Both the position numbers and the translations under genes were made by a program. This document shows, piece by piece, positions 53,864 through 62,421 of a DNA stretch of 64,000 nucleotides. This DNA is from a virus. Its lineage: Duplodnaviria > Caudoviricetes. The notes below the pieces were generated by a model that did not search any database, had not been told where the DNA came from, and worked only from the letters and a program-made list of their open reading frames with translations. Positions within the stretch are counted from its first letter, which is position 1. Every line of letters starts with the position of its first letter. The stretch covers positions 10,993 through 74,992 of IMG/VR virus record IMGVR_UViG_3300009148_000002. One strand, given 5' to 3'.

Positions 53864-54189
53864 AAGATCAAATCAAACTCGGACAAATAATCGAAGGCGA
53901 GGCGCATAGGGATGCAGTTCATGTGGCCATAGCGCCAGTGATGGCTGGATGCACACTTTCTCCCGGAGAGCGTGTAGGATTTATTGAAAACGGAGTTGTT
54001 GGGTGTGTGTTGCCACATGTCGGCGTCGTCGATCCGTTCTTACCAAAGCCAGTTTGGTTTGGAGAGACGTGCTGGCTATTTTTATTTCCGAACACAGTCA
54101 CCGATCTGCGGCATTCTTGGAGCCATCCTGCGTTCAAAGAGCAGGCTCCTGTTAAGGATGAAGGCGATTACGAAGATTGCGCCTGCTAA
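53860..54189 (+). CDS. conserved phage hypothetical protein
   Basis: RDAVHVAIAPV...PG..VG...VGVVDPFL...WLFLFPNT..DLRH.WSHPAF pattern. Confidence 0.7.
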   Translation: MKDQIKLGQIIEGEAHRDAVHVAIAPVMAGCTLSPGERVGFIENGVVGCVLPHVGVVDPFLPKPVWFGETCWLFLFPNTVTDLRHSWSHPAFKEQAPVKDEGDYEDCAC

Positions 54190-54190
54190 A

Positions 54191-54628
54191 ATGAAACACG
54201 GCGAGTTCATCGAGAAGAATGGAAATGGGGATGCTTCATCAGGTGCAACGCCTTGTTCGGCCAAATACGTGGACTGCCAATGCGTCGCCTGCGGATGGAT
54301 GGACGGCTTCAAGTCGGAAGCAATCACGCATGGGATGGTCGGCGGCTGGTGCGATACGTGTGGCCGTGAGACGGTTTTCCGAGTCTCGAAGCCAGAGGAA
54401 AACAAATACGCCTCGATGCAAGACCTCGCGGTGTCCTCATTCATAAACGCAGCCCGCATGTCCGAAGCAGGGCATCTAAAACAGGCATACATGGAAGCTG
54501 AATCAGGACAACGCCTACTAAAGTCGGCGATAGATGCAATTTCGACGAACGAGAAACCACGATACTGCCACAAATGCAAAGCTTGGCACTCGCCGACCGA
54601 TGCTGGTTGGAAGGCCGGATGCGAATGA
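54191..54628 (+). CDS. Cys-rich hypothetical protein
   Basis: ATG 54191; CVAC...CDTC, CHKC. Confidence 0.55.
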   Translation: MKHGEFIEKNGNGDASSGATPCSAKYVDCQCVACGWMDGFKSEAITHGMVGGWCDTCGRETVFRVSKPEENKYASMQDLAVSSFINAARMSEAGHLKQAYMEAESGQRLLKSAIDAISTNEKPRYCHKCKAWHSPTDAGWKAGCE

Positions 54629-54927
54629 AACCGATTGCCTGCAATCCTCCTGTCGTTGAAAGCGGAATTCCGATTCCTTCGCGCAAGGTGCCGGGAAGCC
54701 GTGGGTGCGTGCTGTATGAAACGCTGCGCTCGATGTTTGCCGATCAGAGTTTTACGTGGCCAACGAATCGCCAAGTTTCTCAGATAGCTAAAGAGATGGG
54801 AATTAAGGTTGAGACGCGGAAGATAAACGGCGACGGCTACCGAATTTGGCACAAAGGCACTCTCGACGCCGAACCGCCTCCAGTCTGGCAACCGCGTTGC
54901 GCCAACGAGCCGAGATGGCCAATGTGA
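54625..54927 (+). CDS. putative small DNA-binding protein
   Basis: VESGIPIP...M..DQSF...G..V.TRK...GYRIW pattern; ATG 54625. Confidence 0.6.
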   Translation: MKPIACNPPVVESGIPIPSRKVPGSRGCVLYETLRSMFADQSFTWPTNRQVSQIAKEMGIKVETRKINGDGYRIWHKGTLDAEPPPVWQPRCANEPRWPM

Positions 54928-55109
54928 TCTGCATGAAACCAACCACTCAGAGGATCGTTAAGAAAAGCGTCGTGTTTTCAAGTCACGGGAAGCGCAGTGG
55001 CCGCAACATCACCGCCATGCTGTTTGACCGGCTTCACGCCAAGACTCAACGGAAACAGCAGTGGTTTGGAAGCGTGAGAGAATTGATGAAGGCGAAAGGG
55101 CTGAGATGA
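54915..55109 (+). CDS. small basic protein
   Basis: Coupled chain; start uncertain. Confidence 0.45.
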   Translation: MANVICMKPTTQRIVKKSVVFSSHGKRSGRNITAMLFDRLHAKTQRKQQWFGSVRELMKAKGLR

Positions 55110-55513
55110 GTGACGAATACGGTTCGGAGCACGAGGCGTTCAAGCAGTGGTGTAGCTCAATTGATGGCTTGGCCATTACGCCAACATGGAACAGATCGCA
55201 AATCCGGCAAGTCTCGGAAACTGAGATTACAGAAGGCTGTTGGGAAATCAATGGAAGGCAGACGGTGCTGAACAATATTATCAACCTGGAATTGGAAGCT
55301 GCATGGAAAGCGTGGAAGGCCAGCGCGAAAAGGCTTGAGGGTCGTATTGTTAAGGCCAACGACCCGAACAAAGAGCAGTTCCAAAAGGCACTTAACGGCA
55401 CCGGAATTCAGATGTTGCCAAATGGCTACGCGCTGCTCAATCCAACAAAGACAGAACTGAAGATCGTCGAGCTTTACGCCCATGTGCTTTCGCGAATCGA
55501 GCCTGCGGACTGA
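55106..55513 (+). CDS. hypothetical protein
   Basis: ATG 55106 (ATGA overlap). Confidence 0.55.
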   Translation: MSDEYGSEHEAFKQWCSSIDGLAITPTWNRSQIRQVSETEITEGCWEINGRQTVLNNIINLELEAAWKAWKASAKRLEGRIVKANDPNKEQFQKALNGTGIQMLPNGYALLNPTKTELKIVELYAHVLSRIEPAD

Positions 55514-55539
55514 TAGATTTTCCGAAACACAGTAAACCT

Positions 55540-56223
55540 ATGACAAAAACAGAAATCAAAATCGCGGTGACATTCACCGAATCGGTGCTCGGCTCTCTGC
55601 CGGGCAATCCACAACTCATGGAAGATTACATCGTCACTAAGATGGCGAAGGATAAAGGCAAGACGCCTGACATCGTGAAGAAAAACTCAGCCGAAAAAAT
55701 TGCGGCGGTTTCCGATCCTGACACGGCGGACGAGCGTATTGAGAAGGCGACCACGGTTTTCGCTCGCGACGAGAAAGGGCTGTTCTGTTGGGACTACACC
55801 TGGAGAGGATTCTTGAAGGAGTCTATTTCCGTGCTGATCGAACTCGGTGAGGCGTCCGTGAAGAAGCTCTCCAAGTGGTCGTGCAAGCGGTCGGTGGATT
55901 CTCTGGTGTTCGTTGCGCCGCGACGGATTTATTTCCGTGACGACAAGGACAGGCCGATCATGCAACCGGAGTCGATTTGTGAAAGGCCGTTGCGAGCGTC
56001 AACGATGCAGGGAGATAGGATCGCACTGGCGCGGTCGGAACTGCTTCCGGCTGGCACAAACTGTCAGTTCACGATCACGCTGCTGGAAGGCACAAACGCG
56101 AAGTCGAATCTGGCCGTGCTGACGAAGGACTCGATCATCGAGGCATTGGAGTACGGAGCAATGAAGGGTTATGGCCAGTGGCGCGGAGGGTCATTTGGAC
56201 GTTTCAGCTACAAAGAACTGTAA
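55540..56223 (+). CDS. solo Cas7/RAMP-superfamily-like RNA-binding protein
   Basis: N-terminal strand IKIAVTFTESVLGS, helix DYTWRGFLKE (cf. RAMP 'ipGSsiKGalR'), RPLRA..MQGDRIALARSELLPAGT thumb-like segment, Gly-rich terminal loop YGAMKGYGQWRGGSFGRF plus last strand. No other cas gene in window. Confidence 0.8.
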   Translation: MTKTEIKIAVTFTESVLGSLPGNPQLMEDYIVTKMAKDKGKTPDIVKKNSAEKIAAVSDPDTADERIEKATTVFARDEKGLFCWDYTWRGFLKESISVLIELGEASVKKLSKWSCKRSVDSLVFVAPRRIYFRDDKDRPIMQPESICERPLRASTMQGDRIALARSELLPAGTNCQFTITLLEGTNAKSNLAVLTKDSIIEALEYGAMKGYGQWRGGSFGRFSYKEL

Positions 56224-56235
56224 AAGCAAGTCGCC

Positions 56236-56298
56236 ATGTTGGGATTCACCATCGGAATAATATTCGGACTGCTGTGGTGCTATGTCTATGAAGATTGA
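56236..56298 (+). CDS. 20-aa hydrophobic micro-ORF
   Basis: MLGFTIGIIFGLLWCYVYED; overlaps next ORF. Confidence 0.3.
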   Translation: MLGFTIGIIFGLLWCYVYED

Positions 56299-56482
56299 CG
56301 AGAATGGTTTGGACTACGTTGGGCCTTGCAAAATAGACTGCGAGCAAAAGTGCGATGTGCCGGACGGCGTTACGCTGTATCCAGTGCCTCGCCCGCGACA
56401 CAACTGGACAGACTGCCTGCACTGCCCGAACTGCGAGCGGTCATTCATGGTGATGAAACGCAGTAGTCCGAACAGTGAATAA
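56282..56482 (+). CDS. small Cys-rich (zinc-binding) protein
   Basis: C...C...C and CLHCPNC; lies between Cas7-like gene and array. Confidence 0.55.
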   Translation: MSMKIDENGLDYVGPCKIDCEQKCDVPDGVTLYPVPRPRHNWTDCLHCPNCERSFMVMKRSSPNSE

Positions 56483-56970
56483 AGCAATGTTTCAGCAAAG
56501 CGTAGAGTAGATCAGTGGAGGCATGGCACAGCAACGTGGAGACAAGCCTAGGAAAAGCAGAGAACCGACGGGCATAGGCAAAGCGGCGAAACGCTATGCG
56601 GCGGATTAGCAATGAATGGACAAGTAACGCGACGGGCAAGGCCAAGCGCGAAAGGGCAAAGGCAAGGCAAGGGAGTAGCAGAGTAAGGATCAGCAGTGGC
56701 ATAGCTGGGTCTGGCTTGGGATATGAGAAGCGAAGACAAGTGATGCTCAGGCATGGCAGAGGACAGCAACGCTGAGGCACGGTTAGGGTAAGCAACGCGA
56801 AGGCATGGCAGCGCGAGGACACGCTTGGGAATAGTCCAGCAACGTCCGGTAAAGGCAATGCGTCGTAGTGTCAGAACTGCGTTGGTGAAGTGAAGCGGTG
56901 ATTCGCGATGCGACGGCATGGTGAAGCACTGGACAGCAGTGGCATGGCGCGGTCGTGAGAAGCCGGGTTA
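56483..56970 (+). repeat. pentamer-periodic non-coding array (nG-N-NN units, often RGC-NN); putative guide RNA locus
   Basis: About 95 units by hand parse, G at position 2 in all but one, e.g. agcaa agcgt agagt agatc agtgg a ggcat ggcac agcaa cgtgg agaca agcct; no credible ORF; ends at a terminator. Confidence 0.85.
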
Positions 56971-57002
56971 GGCGCTGGTGGGAAACCGCCAGCGCTTTTT
57001 CT
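56970..57002 (+). terminator. intrinsic terminator closing the array
   Basis: GCGCTGGTGG-GAAA-CCGCCAGCGC followed by TTTTT. Confidence 0.9.
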
Positions 57003-57378
57003 ATGGCCGGAGAGGTTTCAATTCTGGAATGCACCGCTCGCACTCGTCTCGAATAGACCAAAATTGAGAGATCATGTCAGTGTCGCTGTTTACCTTTGGC
57101 CTAGCTGAGTGGTAGTGCATCGCCGCAATGGACGCCCTCAATACTCCAGCCTCCGCATTCGCCTTTTCAAGCGCCTGAAACAAGTCGTGCTCCACTTTGG
57201 TTGCCGGCCTCGACTTTCCACCTGGCCATGTGATGATCGTGTGCGGCCAAGGACCACCGATAACAACACCGTCCGGCAACGGAACTGTAGAGTGAAGGGC
57301 CGGATTAACTTCACCCACCCACTGCGTCACTGGGATTTCAGGCTCGTCCGTTCCGGGCTGTAGTCTGTTGTCGATCAT
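57001..57378 (-). CDS. hypothetical protein
   Basis: Leaderless promoter upstream; convergent with array. Confidence 0.6.
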   Translation of the reverse strand: MIDNRLQPGTDEPEIPVTQWVGEVNPALHSTVPLPDGVVIGGPWPHTIITWPGGKSRPATKVEHDLFQALEKANAEAGVLRASIAAMHYHSARPKVNSDTDMISQFWSIRDECERCIPELKPLRP

Positions 57379-57384
57379 TCAGGC

Positions 57385-57413
57385 ATCGTGCGCCAGACCA
57401 CACTCTTTGTCAA
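57385..57413 (-). promoter_or_regulatory. leaderless sigma70-like promoter
   Basis: TTGACA-17-CACGAT-6 nt-ATG 57378. Confidence 0.6.
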
Positions 57414-57444
57414 TGCAAAGTTGACAAAAGAATTGACGATGGGA

Positions 57445-58182
57445 TTAGGGCTGGGCGTCCGGCTTGACCGCCATAACCACCAAACGGCTGTTTCTGCTTT
57501 CGATGCGCTTGATGGCTTTACGAGCATCCGCAATCGCCTCTTTCTGGTTCGGCAGCAATGTCGGAGTGCATTCGATGCCTTGAAGAACGCCGGATACGAT
57601 CCCGATGTCCCAAGAATTGTCGGCGAGTTCCTGCGTTGAGACACGCGCCTCTGGTGTCGTGCTCTCACGTTCACGGATGTAACGCAGCGCCGTTTCGTGA
57701 CGAGTCTCGCCTTCGTATATTCTGGCCACGGCAAAAAGCAGTTCGTTGTAGAGTCCACGAAAGCGCTCGGATTCTCTGTACGGAATGTAAACAACCGACT
57801 GCGCAGAGCCGTCCTGGAGCACGTTTCTCTGGAAGTCGCCAGCGGCGATTGCCTGCCGGATTGCCTCCGCGAGTTGCTGTTCGGTCAGGTTTTCGACCGC
57901 CAGTTGGTGCTTGCGAACGAAGTCGTTGAATAGGTTATTCGGCTCACCTACCACTTGCCGCTTCCCCACGTCAGCAGCCAGCGCAGAAAAAGCAGCGCGA
58001 GCACGATCCCGGCAAGCAGCAGGATCGCCGTCAGCCACCCCGGAATTGTCAGCGTCAGCGATTTGTTTAGTGATGTCAGCAATGCGTGCATTGAGTTGTT
58101 CCAATCGTGCGGTCGCTTCTGGTGTCTCGGCTTTCTCGGCGACCATGTGCGAGAAGGCTTCGATTTCTTCGGGTGTTGGCAT
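57445..58182 (-). CDS. hypothetical phage protein
   Basis: ATG 58182 preferred; YNELLFAVA...GETRHETALRYIRERE is a recurrent phage motif. Confidence 0.6.
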   Translation of the reverse strand: MPTPEEIEAFSHMVAEKAETPEATARLEQLNARIADITKQIADADNSGVADGDPAACRDRARAAFSALAADVGKRQVVGEPNNLFNDFVRKHQLAVENLTEQQLAEAIRQAIAAGDFQRNVLQDGSAQSVVYIPYRESERFRGLYNELLFAVARIYEGETRHETALRYIRERESTTPEARVSTQELADNSWDIGIVSGVLQGIECTPTLLPNQKEAIADARKAIKRIESRNSRLVVMAVKPDAQP

Positions 58183-58377
58183 TTGGTCCTTCAAAAGTAA
58201 CAGCCGATGGCCAGTGCGGCAAACAGAAATAAATCCATTGACAAGGTATAAGGTTTGGTTATCTTGCGCATCACTTGGCTGGATAGCACCGGCCCGCATG
58301 TGGATAAAGCCGTACTTTGACCAGCCCTTGATGCGGGGGCGTGCTATTTCAGGTCGAGGTACGGTTTTATCCTTTTT

Positions 58378-58815
58378 ATGGAGAACGAATGGAAGAAGCG
58401 AGTTCCGCGCTACGTGATGTTTCGACAAATGAGCATCAAGACCCGCGCCCTGTTCGCTGCCAAAGGCACGGCACGCGCCACCGCCACATGGGCAGTAGAA
58501 AAGCCCGTCCGTTGCCTCTCCGCTTCCCACCATCTGCGCTGGATGCGTAAGATGACCGATCCAAAAGAAGCCAGACAGAAGCTCGAAGAATTGGGCTTTG
58601 ACTGGCATTGGATGAAACCCACTTTTGTTCGCGACCGAGACGACCACCAGAGCACCGTTGCCGCAGGAATCCGACAACCGACCACTAACGGAGTGGTTCC
58701 GCCTTACGGCGGGAGTATTCACGCCTCGACGTGTGATAGGAATAGAGGTTCAGCCCTCTTGCCCCCGAAAACCCACGCTCTGGTCGCAACCGTTACCAAC
58801 CAGTCGCAAACTTAG
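58378..58815 (+). CDS. possible hypothetical protein
   Basis: N-half looks protein-like; competing ORFs on other frames. Confidence 0.3.
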   Translation: MENEWKKRVPRYVMFRQMSIKTRALFAAKGTARATATWAVEKPVRCLSASHHLRWMRKMTDPKEARQKLEELGFDWHWMKPTFVRDRDDHQSTVAAGIRQPTTNGVVPPYGGSIHASTCDRNRGSALLPPKTHALVATVTNQSQT

Positions 58816-59593
58816 AGCGCTCTACGTGGCGGGCAATGCAATACCCCGCCAGTTGCCAGTTAGACTCGCTCAAAGCCGAAAGGCTGTTCCTACCTATTGT
58901 GGGTGTCTTGTGTACACCTGCAAAACAAAGCTCAAATCCACGCCACAAGGAAAACACGCTTCCACACACCGACAGAACTGAATCACGAACCATCGAAACC
59001 CAACCAATCCCACAAACCTATATCACCCATAACGCATATAGGCACAAGTCAATATGAGGAAATGAGCCTGAGTCGCGCAGGACCTCCTACGTATCTCCAC
59101 GCGTACGCAACTCAAACCCCACGCCCCGGTGGCCTGTTTGTGGTGGTTTTGCACGCTCGCTTGTGGTCACGCCAGTCTCGCAACACCACAAGTTGTGCCT
59201 CACTGTATGCAACACGTTGATAACACGTTGCTTACCAACGGTGTGACGGACTCCAGGTGAGAGTAAATCCATACATAAGTAACTCACTTAGGTTACTCAA
59301 GTATAGAGATTGTGAAAAGTTTCACAAGCGAGCAGTGATTAAACGAACGCAACCACTAGGCAAATTCTGCCTATCGGCAATTCTTTCCTAGGGGAAACCA
59401 GTACGATGTTGTGCCTAGCGGTTGGCTTGGCTGTCCTGGCAGGTTCCTTGTCTCGCTACGGTAGGCGGAAATCGCTCCACGTTGACGCAGGGCGAGCTTT
59501 TCTGGTGTTGGTGCTACCTTGGACGGTGGAAACGGTCTGGTGCGCTGTACGCAAAAACGCCGCAGTGTGCTGCGGCTGGTGGTGAAACGGTGG

Positions 59594-59857
59594 TTATTTG
59601 CTATCGTTGGGACGCCATTCAATAACCTCGAATTCACACGGCTTAACGCCGAGCCTTCTGCCGTTGGCGGCCTGCACGGAGATTGCGCCCCACTGATTGC
59701 TATTGCACTCGTATTCTCCCGGTTCAACGGACACCGAATCAAATATAGAGTCTCCTGATACTCGTAACGGTAGAGACACCTTGGCTGGTACGTATTGCGG
59801 GCGAGTGTGCAATACAATTGACTTGTAGTAGTTCAGGGCTTTGTCGGTGTCGTTCAT
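59594..59857 (-). CDS. hypothetical protein
   Basis: ATGA-coupled; RLGVKPCEFEVIEW pattern. Confidence 0.6.
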   Translation of the reverse strand: MNDTDKALNYYKSIVLHTRPQYVPAKVSLPLRVSGDSIFDSVSVEPGEYECNSNQWGAISVQAANGRRLGVKPCEFEVIEWRPNDSK

Positions 59858-60321
59858 ACGCCGAAACCGTTTGTTCCGTTAACAGCCGCAGCGCGGAACG
59901 CCTTGTTGGCGCGTTCAAAATCTAGGTACCTTACAACGTTCTGCGGATCGTCATTAGTCCACACTTCGTAAGCGTACGGGCCGAATTCGGCGGCGGTAAT
60001 TGGATTGCTGACAAGCTTGCGAATCAGTTCACATTTGCGCGTGCCGTCAAGGTTCACGCAAAAGTCAATTACCGCGCATGGCGTAGAGTTAAAAATCTTT
60101 TCTTCGCGCAGACGCTTAAAGTAAGCAGCGTGGGCCATTCTTCCGACAACTGTACGATTGCCGGTTGTCTCATCCGTTTCAATTGTCGATCCATCGGCGA
60201 AACATTCGCGGATCGTGGCGAACTTTTGGCAATGTTCAAGACTGCCAGCGGCAAGCGTAACGCCAGCTTCAGTCAGTAAAAACCAGTCTGGTTTATCAGG
60301 GTGCGGGGTGATTGTTTTCAT
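59854..60321 (-). CDS. hypothetical protein
   Basis: ATG 60321 preferred. Confidence 0.55.
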   Translation of the reverse strand: MKTITPHPDKPDWFLLTEAGVTLAAGSLEHCQKFATIRECFADGSTIETDETTGNRTVVGRMAHAAYFKRLREEKIFNSTPCAVIDFCVNLDGTRKCELIRKLVSNPITAAEFGPYAYEVWTNDDPQNVVRYLDFERANKAFRAAAVNGTNGFGV

Positions 60322-60356
60322 TGATCGTTGTTGAATGTTGTTGTTACCGTTGCGCA

Positions 60357-60384
60357 ATCCTAAACGGTGCTCAGTCATTGTCAA
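60357..60384 (-). promoter_or_regulatory. sigma70-like promoter
   Basis: TTGACA-16-TAGGAT. Confidence 0.6.
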
Positions 60385-60573
60385 CACAAATTTTCTGAGT
60401 GCCATCAAGCTTGCCCTGTGCCACTTGTCCAGCCGTTCGACGTTTGTAGTTTGGCTAATGGTAGGGATAAGTTTCCTGAGTACTTCACTTGCTTGCGTAA
60501 TTCTGAGTTGACTTGCGCTTTGTCTGAATTTACCGTCCGCGTGTAACGGTAAACATTAACTAAAACGATCAAC

Positions 60574-61041
60574 ATGAAAACCTATAGCATCAAATTCACG
60601 GGCCGAAAGCTTGGCGCAATCGGCAAGTTTTACTCTATCACGGCGGAAGTATTCGCCGACAATCCACAAGCGGCAAGCGCGGCGCTTTATGACCGCTTTG
60701 AATTCGGGCACGCTGGACCGCCAGACGTTAAGGAGATCAAGTCTCCGTTCAACGGAGACGACTTGGTTGGGCGTGTGCAGAACACCAAAGAAGAATTTGA
60801 CCGCGTGCGGGCATGCGTGACGCTGTTACGTTCCGTCATGGATCAAACTTGCAAAGGCGCGTCAAAAGATAACGCCGACTGGCACGATGATCCAGACGCA
60901 CCGGATCACGCGCTTTATCACGCGACTGCCGAGCAGCAATTCCCAAGGACAGAACGCGACAGGGCAATATTGGAGCTTGTCTCGCGACACTTGGAAACGT
61001 TGAACGAAAATGAAGCGGCGGAAGGGAAGGTGGCAGCGTGA
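60574..61041 (+). CDS. early hypothetical protein
   Basis: MKTYSIKFTGRKLGAIG start; first of coupled plus-strand chain. Confidence 0.65.
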   Translation: MKTYSIKFTGRKLGAIGKFYSITAEVFADNPQAASAALYDRFEFGHAGPPDVKEIKSPFNGDDLVGRVQNTKEEFDRVRACVTLLRSVMDQTCKGASKDNADWHDDPDAPDHALYHATAEQQFPRTERDRAILELVSRHLETLNENEAAEGKVAA

Positions 61042-61961
61042 ACGCAGAAACCTTCACAAACGATATTCCAACCGACATTGCGCGGGCTGCTTATGCTGGC
61101 ATCAGTTTCACACCAGACAAACGCGCCGAGCAAGTCCGCGACGGTTACGCCGAGCAAATGGCGCAAGACTTCGCAGAATTGTCAAAGCTCACCGTCGGCA
61201 AGGATGGCATGGCCGAAACCCTACGGGCTGAGTTTGCGCGTTACCGTGACGGCTACCAGGCAAGGTATCTTGCCAAGCTGCGGAGTGATTCGCGTTGCAT
61301 GTCCGTTATGATAACCGGGCCGTCAAACTTTCCGACGCGCCGAAACGAAAAGCGAAACAACATTGCCCACAAGCGGCTTGAAGAATTGCTGGAATTCAGA
61401 AACCGAGCACTGGCAGCAATCCGCAAAACACTTTGCCCTGAGTTACGGCCAATTATGGCGGGCGATTCAGACGCAACGGAACGGTTGAAAACCAAGATCG
61501 CCGATGCTGAAAAGCTACAGGAGCGAATGAAGGCGGCAAATGTGATCGTCCGTAAGTTCAAGAATGACGTTTCCAATGGGCGATTAGCACTTGAACAAGC
61601 CGGTTTCCCGGCTGGTGTTGCAAAAGCTCTTTTCGAGCCTGATTTTTGCGGTCGCCTTGGTTTTCCAAGTTATGAACTAACCAACAACAACGCCAATATT
61701 CAACGGATGAAAGGCCGGCTTGTGGTTATCGCCCGCAATCAGGATACGCCGGCAAGCGAGGCACAGGGAAGCAACGCGACGTTGGAAGATTGCCCAGCAG
61801 AAAACCGAGTTCGCCTTACGTTTCCAGGCAAGCCATCCGTTGATGTTCGCACTCAACTAAAATCTTCCGGCTTTCGGTGGACACCTTCTCTTGGCGTATG
61901 GCAGGCATATCGAAACGAGCGCAACGTTTCAACGGCGAAACAACTTGCAGGAATCCAATAA
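61038..61961 (+). CDS. DUF3560-like / polyvalent-protein-associated domain protein
   Basis: MITGPSNFPTRRNEK; LTNNNANI.R...RL; NRVRLTFPGKP...R.QLKSSGFRW.PS.G.WQ. Confidence 0.7.
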   Translation: MNAETFTNDIPTDIARAAYAGISFTPDKRAEQVRDGYAEQMAQDFAELSKLTVGKDGMAETLRAEFARYRDGYQARYLAKLRSDSRCMSVMITGPSNFPTRRNEKRNNIAHKRLEELLEFRNRALAAIRKTLCPELRPIMAGDSDATERLKTKIADAEKLQERMKAANVIVRKFKNDVSNGRLALEQAGFPAGVAKALFEPDFCGRLGFPSYELTNNNANIQRMKGRLVVIARNQDTPASEAQGSNATLEDCPAENRVRLTFPGKPSVDVRTQLKSSGFRWTPSLGVWQAYRNERNVSTAKQLAGIQ

Positions 61962-62043
61962 CTCAAGAGCCGCCAGACTGCGGGCGGATAGTTCCCGCCC
62001 GCGAATCTGGTTGCAATCACGCACCGGAAAACAAAACGATCAA

Positions 62044-62421
62044 ATGAAACCTGTAACTGAAATCAGAAACCTACAGCACGACGTGGACGCCTTCACGCTC
62101 GCATACATCGAAGCAATGTTCTTCACGGAAGCGGGGCCGGATAGTGAAGAAATGAGCGAAAAAACTTGGCTGGACCTGGCACCGGAAGCCTTGGAACAGA
62201 TAGTGAATGACTGCGCCAAGTTCCAAGCGTCCAACCGGCTTGACGGCTACCCTCCCAAGCAAGCTGGACACGACTTTTGGTTGACGCGCAACGGCCACGG
62301 AGCCGGATTTTGGGAAAACGATTTTGGCACGCCGGAGCAGTGCGAGTTTCTTACGGCTTCCGCAAAATCGTTCGGCGAATGCAATCTTTATGTTTCCGAC
62401 GATGGAAAGCTGCGATTATGA
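62044..62421 (+). CDS. conserved early phage protein
   Basis: FTLAYIEAM...QAGHDFWLTRNGHGAGFW pattern; ATG 62044. Confidence 0.7.
   Translation: MKPVTEIRNLQHDVDAFTLAYIEAMFFTEAGPDSEEMSEKTWLDLAPEALEQIVNDCAKFQASNRLDGYPPKQAGHDFWLTRNGHGAGFWENDFGTPEQCEFLTASAKSFGECNLYVSDDGKLRL

Noticed and set aside
56483-56970. Canonical CRISPR array or simple microsatellite
   Set aside because: No identical 23-50-nt repeats with spacers; units are too variable and too regularly blocked for slippage.
56445-57061. Minus-strand ORFs 56445-56858, 56548-56919, 56783-57061
   Set aside because: Leu/Pro/Cys/Ala patterns are what the reverse complement of a 5-nt periodic tract gives; they overlap each other and oppose the plus-strand terminator.
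58183-58722. N-terminal extension of track ORF 57445-58722
   Set aside because: Upstream 180 codons look non-protein-like and overlap competing ORFs; ATG 58182 preferred.
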